DNA of 64,000 nucleotides from an uncultured Clostridia bacterium (GCA_934149305.1 CAKPEF010000001.1:36748-100747), one strand, 5' to 3'; counted from the stretch's first letter, positions 39,899 through 49,602 are shown. Made by a program: numbers and translations. Notes: generated by a model not told the origin, from the letters alone.

Positions 39899-41434
39899 AT
39901 GTCAAAATTATTGAAATTATTATTAAATCGTGTATCAATTGTTGCGTTTTTGCTACTTGTACAAATCTTTTTTATTATTATAATTTTAAAAGAAGCTAGC
40001 GAATTTTATGGTTATATAAGACTTATATTTATTTTGGTAAGTATTGTTTATTCCATAAAAATACTTTTAAAAGATATTCCGATTACTTTTAAAGTCCCGG
40101 TACTAGTTTTAATTTTTGAGTTTCCTATACTTGGAATATTTTTATATTATTTTTCTTTTGAAAATAAACTTAGAAAAAAATTTGTTAAAAATATTAAAAA
40201 TCAGACATTTACCTTAGAAAGTATGTATATTGAAGATATTTCTATTAAAGAACAACTGAAAAGTGAAGGAAAAGATATTTATAACCAGTCTCAATATATT
40301 GCAAATAATTCTTTTATGCCGGTTTATCAGAATAACTATACTAAATATTTTGATGATGGCGAACCATTTTTTAAAGATCTAATTGAAGATTTAAAAACTG
40401 CTAAAAGCTTTATTTTTATCGAATTTTTTATAATTGGAAAAGGAATACTTTGGAATTCAATTTTAGAAATATTAAAGCAAAAAGCTAGAGATGGAGTTGA
40501 AATAAGAGTTATATTTGATGACATCGGCTCTTTAAAAACGCTTCCTTATAAGTATAATGAAGTTTTAGAAAAACTAGGAATAAAATGTGTGGTTTTTAAT
40601 CCAATCACACCTATACTTTCACTTGTTCATAATAATAGAGATCATAAAAAAATAGTTGTGATTGATGGAAAAATTGCATACACAGGTGGGCTTAATATTG
40701 CCGATGAGTATGTAAACTTAAAGAAAAGATTTGGTCATTGGAAAGATACCGGTATAAAAATAGTTGGCGATGCAACTAAGAGTTTTACTTTAATGTTTTT
40801 AGAATCTTGGCATTATTTGAAAGATTCATCTGAAGACTGTTCTATATTTTTAAATGTTCCAACTTATATAGGTGATTTCTCAAAAGGATATGTTGAACCG
40901 TATTTAGGTGATCCTATGCTTGAAAACAATGTTCCGCGTGGTGTGTATCTAAATATAATAAATTCTGCTAAAGACTATGTTTACATTACTACTCCATATC
41001 TTGCAATAGATACAGAATTACAAGTAGCGCTATCTACTGCTTGCAGAAGAGGCGTTGATGTTAGAATTATAGTTCCACATATTCCAGATAAAAAATATGT
41101 ATTTAGAGTTACCCAATCTTATTACAAGTCTCTTTTAAAATACGGTATTAAATTTTATGAATACACTCCAGGTTTTATACATTCAAAAATGATTTTGAGT
41201 GATGATAAGCTTGCAACGGTTGGTACTATAAATTTTGATTATAGAAGTTTTTATCATAACTATGAGTGTGGTGTTTGGCTTTACAATACTGATTCGATAC
41301 TAGATATAAAAGAAGATTTCTTAAATACTATTGATGAAAGCTTAGAAATCACTTTGCAATATGTTGAAGAAAAAATAGGCTTTTTTAAGCTTTTTATTGG
41401 TGAAATCATAAAAGTTTTTGCACCTTTATTTTAA
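39899..41434 (+). CDS. cls: Cardiolipin synthase
   Basis: Two TM helices and two PLD HKD motifs (HKKIVVIDGKIAYTGGLN and HSKMILSDDKLATVGTINFD). Confidence 0.9.
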   Translation: MSKLLKLLLNRVSIVAFLLLVQIFFIIIILKEASEFYGYIRLIFILVSIVYSIKILLKDIPITFKVPVLVLIFEFPILGIFLYYFSFENKLRKKFVKNIKNQTFTLESMYIEDISIKEQLKSEGKDIYNQSQYIANNSFMPVYQNNYTKYFDDGEPFFKDLIEDLKTAKSFIFIEFFIIGKGILWNSILEILKQKARDGVEIRVIFDDIGSLKTLPYKYNEVLEKLGIKCVVFNPITPILSLVHNNRDHKKIVVIDGKIAYTGGLNIADEYVNLKKRFGHWKDTGIKIVGDATKSFTLMFLESWHYLKDSSEDCSIFLNVPTYIGDFSKGYVEPYLGDPMLENNVPRGVYLNIINSAKDYVYITTPYLAIDTELQVALSTACRRGVDVRIIVPHIPDKKYVFRVTQSYYKSLLKYGIKFYEYTPGFIHSKMILSDDKLATVGTINFDYRSFYHNYECGVWLYNTDSILDIKEDFLNTIDESLEITLQYVEEKIGFFKLFIGEIIKVFAPLF

Positions 41435-41483
41435 AATCAAAAAGTCTCCAAGTGTGTTGTACACCTGGAGATTTTTTGTGATG

Positions 41484-42257
41484 TTATTTACCCACATTTG
41501 GTAGATAATTTTTGGCAACCTTCACAATATCTGACGAAACATTAGAATCATCTAGTAGAGTTTCGATGTATGTGTAGTAGTCTTGCCTATTCTTTAAACC
41601 GATTGCGATTGCGACGATGTTGGCAATTGTTTTATCTCTATATGTATAGAGACAACTACCTGAATTTACCGTTTTTTCTACTATTTGCCCTTTTGATCTA
41701 ATGATCACGATTGAAACACTTTCTATGCACTCATTGTCTGGTATATAAACGTTTATAGGAAGTGACTCTCTTATTTTACTAGAAAGCACATTCATTATTG
41801 TTTCGTTTATATTCTTTATTGTCTTTTTATATTCTAAGTTTCTGTATTTGCAAATAACTTTAATCATCTCTGGTGTGCATATTACATTTTCGATAAATGG
41901 AAGTTTAGTACAATATACTTTGTTTTCTTCTCTTAAGTTTTTAATTCTTTTCTTTGTGCTTGCATCTCTATCTATTAGTCCAAAGACTTTAACACCTTCG
42001 TTTCTTTTTTCAATACTATGAACCAGTTTTAGAACATCAGACCAACCACCAACTGGAATTACGAAAAGTTGTGGATAGACTTTAGAATACAACTTCACAT
42101 CTATGCTATTTTCATCGCCTTCGCATAACAAAACGCCAGTGTATAATGTTTTGTCATACTTTTCTTCTAAAAGTTTGCAGATTTGCTTTATTTCTAGCTT
42201 CCGAACTTCAGATGAACCCATCATGAAAATACCCTCCTTATTATTAGTTAAGGCCAC
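41484..42257 (-). CDS. DUF4435/TOPRIM-like (OLD-family or PARIS AriB-like) protein, stand-alone
   Basis: LLCEGDEN (conserved Glu) ... VIPVGGWSDV ... GLIDRDAS (DxD) in TOPRIM-like spacing. No partner ATPase gene nearby. Confidence 0.45.
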   Translation of the reverse strand: MALTNNKEGIFMMGSSEVRKLEIKQICKLLEEKYDKTLYTGVLLCEGDENSIDVKLYSKVYPQLFVIPVGGWSDVLKLVHSIEKRNEGVKVFGLIDRDASTKKRIKNLREENKVYCTKLPFIENVICTPEMIKVICKYRNLEYKKTIKNINETIMNVLSSKIRESLPINVYIPDNECIESVSIVIIRSKGQIVEKTVNSGSCLYTYRDKTIANIVAIAIGLKNRQDYYTYIETLLDDSNVSSDIVKVAKNYLPNVGK

Positions 42258-42417
42258 TTGTAATATTTTTTTCTTTTACTTTATCATACATATTTAATTA
42301 AATCAAACTTTATTGTTTTTAAATTTTATATTTTATATTGTAACACATTTTTTGTATATGAATATTATATACCATAGCTATTAAAAAACATATTTAAAAA
42401 AGGAGGTCTACTAAACA

Positions 42418-42588
42418 ATGGGAAACTTTCTAAGAAATTTTGGAAGTAATGATAACGATGAGATTCTATGGTTTTTAATCTTATTCTTACTGCTTTTCTG
42501 GAATGGAAGCGGCTGTAGAAATAATAACAATTCTGACTGTGGTTGTAACAATAATAACAATAGTTGTATCAATAGCTGCGGTTGTTAA
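42418..42588 (+). CDS. 56-aa Cys/Asn-rich hydrophobic micro-protein (YjcZ-like sporulation peptide?)
   Basis: AAGGAGG RBS; MGNFLRNFGSNDNDEILWFLILFLLLFWNGSGCRNNNNSDCGCNNNNNSCINSCGC. Confidence 0.4.
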   Translation: MGNFLRNFGSNDNDEILWFLILFLLLFWNGSGCRNNNNSDCGCNNNNNSCINSCGC

Positions 42589-42619
42589 TATTTAAATTTA
42601 TTTGAAAGGGGGTTTTTTT

Positions 42620-42748
42620 ATGTCAGACAGAGGAGGTTGCTGCTTTGGAGGATGTGATGATTTACTTTGGATTATAATCTTAATATTCATCATATGCTGT
42701 TGTTGCGGTGGCAATGATGGACGCAGAAACATAGGTCCTTGTTGCTAA
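42620..42748 (+). CDS. 42-aa Cys-rich hydrophobic micro-protein, paralog-like to the preceding one
   Basis: GAAAGGGGG RBS; MSDRGGCCFGGCDDLLWIIILIFIICCCCGGNDGRRNIGPCC. Confidence 0.4.
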   Translation: MSDRGGCCFGGCDDLLWIIILIFIICCCCGGNDGRRNIGPCC

Positions 42749-42756
42749 GCTAAAAG

Positions 42757-42792
42757 AAGCACTAACCTTAAAACAGTTAGTGCTTTTATTTT
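42757..42792. terminator. Bidirectional terminator
   Basis: AAGCACTAAC-loop-GTTAGTGCTT followed by TTATTTTAATTTTTTTT; cdaA stops at 42791. Confidence 0.65.
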
Positions 42793-43684
42793 AATTTTTT
42801 TTACCTATACGAGCCATTATTTGTGGCTTTATTTGTTTTATTGATTTTATTTGTTTATCATCTCGTTCTAATCTTCTTTTTAATTCTTTTCTTAATGTTT
42901 CTTCAGATACTTTACTTATTATTTTTCCATTTATAACTAGTGAAACTGTACCTGTTTCTTCAGATGCTACCACAATTACAGCATCAGACTGTTCTGACAT
43001 ACCGATTGCAGCTCTATGTCTTGTACCGTATTGTCTATCTAGATTCTCTTTATCTGTTATTGGAAGTATACAAGATGCAGCTACGATACGGTTATTTTTT
43101 ATTATTACCGCACCATCATGAAGTGGTGTATCTGGCACAAATATATTTCTAAGTAATTCACATGACACTTGAGAATCTATTGCCACACCAGTGTGAGCAA
43201 TTTCAGCTAGGCTCATGTCTTTTTCAAAGACAATCAATGCTCCAACTTTTTCGCTAGCCATTTTATAAATAGCTTTTACAACTTCATCTACACATGTTGT
43301 TTGGTCTACTTGATTTTCTATATCAAATATATCTCTGATTCCTTTACTACCAATTTGCTCTAGCGTTTTTCTAAGCTCTGGTTGGAATATCACAATCATA
43401 ACCATAACACCATATGTCATAACAGAACTTAATATATAATGTAATATGTCTAAGCCTAAAAAGCCACTTAATTCTGTTGCTATTATTAAAATTACTATGC
43501 CTTTAAATAATTGCATTGCTCTTGTATTTTTTACTGCTTTTACTAGTTTGAAAATTAAAAATGCAACTATTGATAGGTCTATTACAAGCATCAATATTTT
43601 AATTGGATACGCTCTTAGTATTTCGAAATAACTAAGTATCTTTTCGTTAAAAAATACTTCGAATGATTCTTGGATTGTTCTCAT
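42791..43684 (-). CDS. cdaA: Diadenylate cyclase CdaA (c-di-AMP synthase)
   Basis: Three N-terminal TM helices plus a DAC domain with the DGA (LHDGAVII) and RHR (GTRHRAA) motifs. Confidence 0.85.
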   Translation of the reverse strand: MRTIQESFEVFFNEKILSYFEILRAYPIKILMLVIDLSIVAFLIFKLVKAVKNTRAMQLFKGIVILIIATELSGFLGLDILHYILSSVMTYGVMVMIVIFQPELRKTLEQIGSKGIRDIFDIENQVDQTTCVDEVVKAIYKMASEKVGALIVFEKDMSLAEIAHTGVAIDSQVSCELLRNIFVPDTPLHDGAVIIKNNRIVAASCILPITDKENLDRQYGTRHRAAIGMSEQSDAVIVVASEETGTVSLVINGKIISKVSEETLRKELKRRLERDDKQIKSIKQIKPQIMARIGKKN

Positions 43685-43705
43685 ATATTCACCTGCATTC
43701 CTAAT

Positions 43706-43804
43706 TTAGTTGTAAAAAAACAATGAAATCAATGTTGGAATTATAAACAACGCAGCTAATATTAAACACATAACTCTGTAAAAACTTTTAGTTTTTGGTT
43801 TCAT
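43706..43804 (-). CDS. 32-aa membrane micro-protein upstream of cdaA
   Basis: GGAGGGG RBS; MKPKTKSFYRVMCLILAALFIIPTLISLFFYN. Confidence 0.3.
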   Translation of the reverse strand: MKPKTKSFYRVMCLILAALFIIPTLISLFFYN

Positions 43805-43936
43805 AGCTTTTAACCCCTCCTTCTCTCTTCACATAATTATATCTTAAATAATTTTTTATATAAAGTCAATACGCAATTTTAACCTTTTTAACAAACAAAA
43901 TACCAAGACAATGATAACTCAAAGCCTTGGTATTTT

Positions 43937-44024
43937 TGGTGCACGAGACCGGAATCGAACCGGTACGCCTTATTAGGGCGCAGGATTTTAAGTCCTGTGC
44001 GTCTGCCTGTTCCGCCACTCGTGC
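43937..44024 (-). tRNA. tRNA-Leu (anticodon UAA), type II with a long variable arm
   Basis: Acceptor GCACGAG/CTCGTGC; anticodon loop CUUAAAA; T-arm GGTTCGATTCC; 3' ACCA encoded. Confidence 0.85.
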
Positions 44025-44182
44025 ATCGCTAACTTGCAATAACTATATTAACATCATAGTTTTTCTTTGTCAATATATTTTTTTGTATTTTTTAGAGTTT
44101 TTTGCTCGCAAAAACTAAAAAATTCAATTTTATTTGAAATTTCACTGTTTTTATAAAAAGCTTTTGGCTAAGTAATATTATT

Positions 44183-44206
44183 ATGGAGCCACAAAGGTGG
44201 CTCCAT
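44183..44206 (-). terminator. Perfect 10-bp hairpin just downstream of the deacetylase gene (related to the repeat-family palindrome)
   Basis: ATGGAGCCAC-AAAG-GTGGCTCCAT; weak U-tract. Confidence 0.4.
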
Positions 44207-44215
44207 AGTTAAATT

Positions 44216-45163
44216 TTAATATACAAATTCATCTAGTGAACATAGTTCATATCCATCTTCTCTTATCTTATCAATCACTTCTGGCAACAATTTTGTATTG
44301 TCTTTTGATACAGCATGTAGAAGCATTACTGAACCATTATGTAAGTTATTATATATCATACTTCTTGCATAATCTAATCTATCTTGCTTCTTTACATCCC
44401 AATCATCATAAGCTGCGCTCCATAATACTGTTGTATATCCTAAATCTCTACAAATTTTTACTGTACGCTCACTGTATTCTCCTTTTGGTGGGCGTATAAA
44501 TGTCATTTCATAATTGAAGTTTTCTTTCACATAATCATGTAAATCCATGACTTCTTTTCTTACTTTTTCATCATCTAAAACTTCTGGCATGCTCGGGTGG
44601 TTCACTGTGTGATTTCCAACAATATGTCCCTCATCAATCATTCTTTGCACTAGTTCTTTGTTTTGTTTTACATATGGCATTGTAACAAAAAATATTGCTG
44701 GCACTTCTTTTTCTTTTAGCGTATCTAGTATTTCTGCCGTATATCCATTTTCATACCCCTCATCGAATGTTAAATATATTACTTTTTCATCTTTGTTTCC
44801 TACATATATTCCGTTATATTCATCTAATGGTTTTGTAAAAACACTTGAAAATTCAGGCTGTTTGTTCTCTTTCATTCTTCTAAATCCCCAAGCACATTTT
44901 TGATTTGATAATGTACTTGTTGATGTTTGTATGATTTCTGTTTTTATTTCTTCTTCTTTTTGAATTTCTCCACTCGCCTTTATGTCTTCTTTGTTTTCTC
45001 CGCTTTCTTTTACTGTTTCTTTGTTTTCATTCTTTGGTATGTCTTTTATTTCTCCACTTGTCCTACTTTGTATTTCTTCGGTATTTATATTTTTTTCAAC
45101 ATCTTGCGAACAACCTGTTAATATAAAGCTCATAATAACTAAAATTGCTAAAAGTTTTTTCAT
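44216..45163 (-). CDS. Polysaccharide deacetylase lipoprotein (NodB domain, PdaA-like)
   Basis: Lipobox LTGCSQ; TFDEGYENGYT, NHTVNHPSM and LLHAVSKDN motifs; E/K-rich linker. Confidence 0.75.
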   Translation of the reverse strand: MKKLLAILVIMSFILTGCSQDVEKNINTEEIQSRTSGEIKDIPKNENKETVKESGENKEDIKASGEIQKEEEIKTEIIQTSTSTLSNQKCAWGFRRMKENKQPEFSSVFTKPLDEYNGIYVGNKDEKVIYLTFDEGYENGYTAEILDTLKEKEVPAIFFVTMPYVKQNKELVQRMIDEGHIVGNHTVNHPSMPEVLDDEKVRKEVMDLHDYVKENFNYEMTFIRPPKGEYSERTVKICRDLGYTTVLWSAAYDDWDVKKQDRLDYARSMIYNNLHNGSVMLLHAVSKDNTKLLPEVIDKIREDGYELCSLDEFVY

Positions 45164-45344
45164 TTTATCAACTCCTATAAAATATTGGGTTAGGCTTACT
45201 AATTGCGATATTTTTTTGCAATTGTTTTAAATCTTTTCATAAATTAGTTTACTCCACCTATATTTCTTGCACTTATTTTATACTCCCTTATAAGTTTATC
45301 AAACTTTCTCAAAAAATCAAATACAAATTTTTCCTATTTTGTCA

Positions 45345-45373
45345 TTGACATATTTTTTCTTTCGTTATATTAT
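45345..45373 (+). promoter_or_regulatory. Sigma-A promoter of the AgrC-like kinase gene
   Basis: TTGACA - 17 nt - TATTAT. Confidence 0.5.
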
Positions 45374-45425
45374 GTTTGTACTGTGCTTCTACACATATAC
45401 GACAATTTATGTATAGGAGGCTCAC

Positions 45426-46697
45426 ATGCTTACATTTACAAAACAGCTTACAGACCTTTCTTTTTCTTTTTTGGTTTGTATTGCTTTTACGTTGCTTATT
45501 TTTGCAATTGATTTCACAAAAATACGAAAGAAAAAATTATTTTTATTCGCGATAACTTTATCATTTATATTATGGGGATGTAAAATTGCTTTTCATACCT
45601 CTCTTTTTTGGAGCACAAAACTTTTAGATAGTCTTTTATTCTTTTCTGTGTGCAAGCTCATTTTAAAAACAAATGATATAGAATCTTTAATTTATACTAT
45701 AGTATGCTCTAGCGTAATTTATATTACAGATATTTTAAACATGTTTATTCGTTTTGATAATATGTTTTTTGGTTACGCCTTGCAATTTACTATAGTAGCA
45801 GCAGTCTTTTTTAAACTTTTATATAAAACTCCAGCTATAACTTTTTTAAGTAGCATAAAAAATTATTTATTAAACGATGATGCTATCTATTTTTTCTTAA
45901 TTGTCGCTATACTTTCTTTTAATATTTCTGCTTTTACCAATGTATGCGCATTAAATATTATTTTATGTATTCAAGCTTTGTTAATTGGCTCTATAATCCA
46001 TTTTTTAGAGAACAAAATTAAAATAAGAAAACTTAAATCAAGTATTAAGGTTTTAAATATTGAAAATGATACATTAAAGGGATTATTAGATAATATTAGA
46101 ATCTTTAAGCATGATTACAGTAACACATTGTGTTCGATTGGAGGATACATTTCATTAAACGATATGACTGGATTAAAAAATTTTTATTCGAAATTATCAG
46201 TTGATTTAAGCAATGTAAATAACATTCAAAAGATAAATATAACATCTATAAATGAGCCTTCTATTTATAATCTTTTTACAATCAAAAATAAAGCAATTAT
46301 TAAAAATCATTTAAAACTCGATTTTTATTCTGATATAAATTATAAAAATTTAGCTATTTCACCTTATGACCTTTCTAAGATACTAGGTATTTTTATTGAT
46401 AATGCAATTGATGCAGCAACAATTTCTCCAGAGAAAGAAATATCTATAATCTGCAAAAATGTTAAAAATAAATTTTCACAAATCACAATTAAAAACACAT
46501 ATCAAAACAAAGATGTAAGCATTAAAGATATGTTTTCTAAAGGTTATTCTAGTAAAGATGTAAAATCTGGCCTTGGTTTATGGGAAGTTTCTAAAATTAT
46601 AAATTCTACTTCTAATGCTTCATTAGAAACTGACAAAGATGAAAATTATTTTATGCAAAGACTAACACTTAATTATAAAGAATTAAATAATATATAA
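45426..46697 (+). CDS. AgrC/LytS-like (HPK10, GHKL HATPase_c_5) sensor histidine kinase, orphan
   Basis: Six or seven N-terminal TM helices; H-box FKHDYSN; N, G1 and G2 boxes (FIDNAIDA, SKGYSSKDVKSGLGLWEV). No agrB/agrD or response-regulator gene adjacent. Confidence 0.6.
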   Translation: MLTFTKQLTDLSFSFLVCIAFTLLIFAIDFTKIRKKKLFLFAITLSFILWGCKIAFHTSLFWSTKLLDSLLFFSVCKLILKTNDIESLIYTIVCSSVIYITDILNMFIRFDNMFFGYALQFTIVAAVFFKLLYKTPAITFLSSIKNYLLNDDAIYFFLIVAILSFNISAFTNVCALNIILCIQALLIGSIIHFLENKIKIRKLKSSIKVLNIENDTLKGLLDNIRIFKHDYSNTLCSIGGYISLNDMTGLKNFYSKLSVDLSNVNNIQKINITSINEPSIYNLFTIKNKAIIKNHLKLDFYSDINYKNLAISPYDLSKILGIFIDNAIDAATISPEKEISIICKNVKNKFSQITIKNTYQNKDVSIKDMFSKGYSSKDVKSGLGLWEVSKIINSTSNASLETDKDENYFMQRLTLNYKELNNI

Positions 46698-46735
46698 TAT
46701 AACCAAAAAGCACTTCAAAACGAAGTGCTTTTTAA

Positions 46736-47593
46736 CTATTTAATTAACTCAAGCGGATTTATACATTCACCGTTTTTTAATATTTCTAAATGAATGTGTG
46801 GTTTTTCTTTGCTTTCAAATCCAAATCCCTTTCCTATTCCTGCTATTATTTCACCCTTTTCAACTTTCTTGCCAACATATGCAAGTTCTGTTGTACTTAA
46901 ATTTGAATATACACTTTTATATTCATCGTTATGTTTTATTATTATAGTGTTTCCATATCTAGGATCCATTTTTACACTTTCGATTACTCCACTTTCTATT
47001 GCTTTTACAGGCATTGCCTCTTCACCTAAAATATCTACACCATTATGTGTTATCCATTCCTCTAATGTATTGGAATATACTAATTTTTCTGTTGCATAAT
47101 TCATTCCAATTTCGCCCTCAACTGGTTTTATAAAGTCTAGTTTGCTTTTTTCAATATTTGCAATAGTTGGTATAACTTCATCACCATTTATTTCAGCATT
47201 AGTCTCGATTTTTTTATCATTATTTTCCAACTCGCCTACCAAGATTGTATCATCACCAACAACATCTTTTAGAAATGCTAAGTATTCGTCTTCTGATATT
47301 TCCATAACCTCTATATCTTCGCCTAAATATTCATCTGTTGTAGTTGCGGCTTCATCGCTAATTACTTCAATCTCTTCATTTTTAATTTCAACATCGCTCT
47401 GATTATCTTTTACTAATAAGTTTTCTTTTTCTTCAAAATTGTTTTGTGCAAATTCGCTCCTCTTATTATCATTTTTTACTTCTTTTTCATAATTGGTATC
47501 ATAAACCTTTACTGTAACAGCAAATGAAATTATTCCCATTACTAGTGCCGTACCACATACTATTAACATTGCTTTATATTTTCCTCTTTGCAT
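46736..47593 (-). CDS. M23 family metallopeptidase (LytM domain)
   Basis: HNGVDI ... HIHLEI zinc motifs. Start ATG 47593 with GGAGGTG, then a TM helix. Confidence 0.75.
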   Translation of the reverse strand: MQRGKYKAMLIVCGTALVMGIISFAVTVKVYDTNYEKEVKNDNKRSEFAQNNFEEKENLLVKDNQSDVEIKNEEIEVISDEAATTTDEYLGEDIEVMEISEDEYLAFLKDVVGDDTILVGELENNDKKIETNAEINGDEVIPTIANIEKSKLDFIKPVEGEIGMNYATEKLVYSNTLEEWITHNGVDILGEEAMPVKAIESGVIESVKMDPRYGNTIIIKHNDEYKSVYSNLSTTELAYVGKKVEKGEIIAGIGKGFGFESKEKPHIHLEILKNGECINPLELIK

Positions 47594-47704
47594 AAAAATA
47601 ACACCTCCAGAAAATTTTTCTTTTACTTTATTTCTAAAGGTATTATTGCCATAATTTTCATTACTATTCAAACTTATATATGTTCGAGTAAAAAGAGTTT
47701 CATT

Positions 47705-47815
47705 TTTTAAGGCGAGTTCTTCACTTAGCAATATGTGATGTTCTTAGCATAAAGTTTTGTCTTTTGTAGTCTTATGTCTTGCTCATGCTAAAGAACATCC
47801 ATAGTGCTTAGTGAA
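47705..47815 (-). other. Long interrupted inverted repeat (~30-bp arms) between spoIID and the M23 gene
   Basis: CTTCACTTAGCA..GATGTTCTTAGCAT / ATGCTAAAGAACATC..TGCTTAGTGAAG. Confidence 0.4.
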
Positions 47816-47892
47816 GCTGTTTGAGGTCTAAAAAATGAAAACTTTTTGCGAAGATAAAATATATAAGTTTGAATAGTAATTTTCTCTTATAA

Positions 47893-48882
47893 TTATTGTT
47901 TTAGAAGTTCAATTTTTGTTCCAACATAATAATGTTTTATAATCTCCTCTGCACTTTTGCCATCTAGTGCCATTTGATTTGCACCATCTTGGCTCATACC
48001 AACACCATGACCGTATCCAACTGTATAAAATATTATCTCATTTTCTTTTTCTTCTATTCTAAAATTTGTAGACCTAATTTTTAGCAAACTTCTAAGCTTT
48101 GTCGCTTTAATCTCTGTATCTGCAATTTTCAGATTATTCACTCTTCCGCTTCCTGTATAATCTATTATTTCTATTTTAGAATTTTTCTCATCATAATTTG
48201 GAACATCATTTTTTAATAACTCTTTAAATTCAGACTTTGTGAAAGTTTTTGTGTCCGTGTAGGCATATCCTTCATTGCTTTCTACACTTTGAAGATACGG
48301 AATTTCTACACCACTCCACACATATTTAACATTTTCTGTTTTGCCACCACTATGTGCATGAAAAAATGCCTCTATTATTTCACCATCATATGTTATAATC
48401 ATATTCTTAGTTTCTTCAACAGCGCTCTCTAATTTTTGCCACTTTTCTAACTCTTCGCTATCATCCCATGAAGCAAATGCATACTCCTTCGTTCTATATG
48501 CCTGACAACAATTTATATCATCGCACATATCTGCATTTTCATGAACTGATGGATTATTCTTAAGCTTATATAATGTATACGTTCTTGCCACAATCGCTTG
48601 TGCCTTTAGTGCCTCCTTTTCATATTTTATAGGAACTTCGCCCACTAAAACACCTTTTATATAATCATCAAAAGAAAGCTCTACAACTTGATTTGTAGCA
48701 GTTAACAAAAGTCTTATATTTTCAATTTTTTCTGTATTATTTTCTGCCATTTCATTTTCTCCACTCGAAGTTATTTCTTTTTTGTCCGCTATAGTGGAAA
48801 TATGTTTATAATCTATAAAAAAGGCTGGTAATAAAAAGCAGATAGCAACAAAAATGGCAAACATTAAAAAATTTTTAAGCAT
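47893..48882 (-). CDS. spoIID: Stage II sporulation protein D
   Basis: SpoIID/LytB-domain motifs (VARTYTLYK, FFHAHSGGKTEN, GYGHGVGMSQDGAN). Confidence 0.85.
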   Translation of the reverse strand: MLKNFLMFAIFVAICFLLPAFFIDYKHISTIADKKEITSSGENEMAENNTEKIENIRLLLTATNQVVELSFDDYIKGVLVGEVPIKYEKEALKAQAIVARTYTLYKLKNNPSVHENADMCDDINCCQAYRTKEYAFASWDDSEELEKWQKLESAVEETKNMIITYDGEIIEAFFHAHSGGKTENVKYVWSGVEIPYLQSVESNEGYAYTDTKTFTKSEFKELLKNDVPNYDEKNSKIEIIDYTGSGRVNNLKIADTEIKATKLRSLLKIRSTNFRIEEKENEIIFYTVGYGHGVGMSQDGANQMALDGKSAEEIIKHYYVGTKIELLKQ

Positions 48883-49003
48883 AAAAAAACACCTCTTATC
48901 TTCATAGTTAATTCTATGAGGACAAGAAGTATTTAGAACTAATTTATTTGCACAAACAAAAAGTCTAACCTAAAATACATTCGGCTAGACTCTTAATTTC
49001 AGC

Positions 49004-49351
49004 TTATTTAGTAGCAGCAGCAACTAAATCTGAAAATGCTTTTGGATCTGCAACTGCCATTTCTGCAAGCATTTTTCTGTTTATGTTGATATTTGCTTTC
49101 TTCATTCCGTTTATCAATGTGCTGTAGTTGATTCCGTTTGCTCTAGCAGCAGCGTTGATTCTTGAAATCCATAATTTTCTAAAATCTCTCTTCTTTAATC
49201 TTCTTCCTACATAAGCATAATTTAAAGATTTCATAACAGCTTGTTTAGCCATTCTGAATCTTGTGCTTTTAGCTCCATAGTAGCCTTTAGCCATTTTTAA
49301 AACTTTTTTATGTTTTTTTCTTGTTATTTTTGCAGTCTTTACTCTTGCCAT
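49004..49351 (-). CDS. rplT: 50S ribosomal protein L20
   Basis: [29 protein letters not shown]... Confidence 0.95.
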   Translation of the reverse strand: MARVKTAKITRKKHKKVLKMAKGYYGAKSTRFRMAKQAVMKSLNYAYVGRRLKKRDFRKLWISRINAAARANGINYSTLINGMKKANININRKMLAEMAVADPKAFSDLVAAATK

Positions 49352-49377
49352 ACTAATCTATCTCCTTTCTCAATCTC

Positions 49378-49581
49378 TTATTTTGTTCCATATGGTAACA
49401 TTTTTCTAACTGTTGATTCCATTGTTTTATCAACTGTTGTTGCTTTTCTCAAATGTACCTTTCTCTTTGCTGATTTAGCGTTTAATAAGTGTCTTCTGTT
49501 CATTTTGTTTCTTTTGATTTTTCCTGTACCTGTAAAGCTAACTCTTTTTGCAGTAGCTCTATGTGTTTTCATTTTAGGCAT
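49378..49581 (-). CDS. rpmI: 50S ribosomal protein L35
   Basis: [24 protein letters not shown]... Confidence 0.95.
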   Translation of the reverse strand: MPKMKTHRATAKRVSFTGTGKIKRNKMNRRHLLNAKSAKRKVHLRKATTVDKTMESTVRKMLPYGTK

Positions 49582-49602
49582 ATTAAAAACTCCTTCCTAT
49601 TT

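Noticed and set aside
43927-44118. 63-aa track ORF on the plus strand
   Set aside because: It overlaps the minus-strand tRNA-Leu(UAA) gene, so it is spurious.
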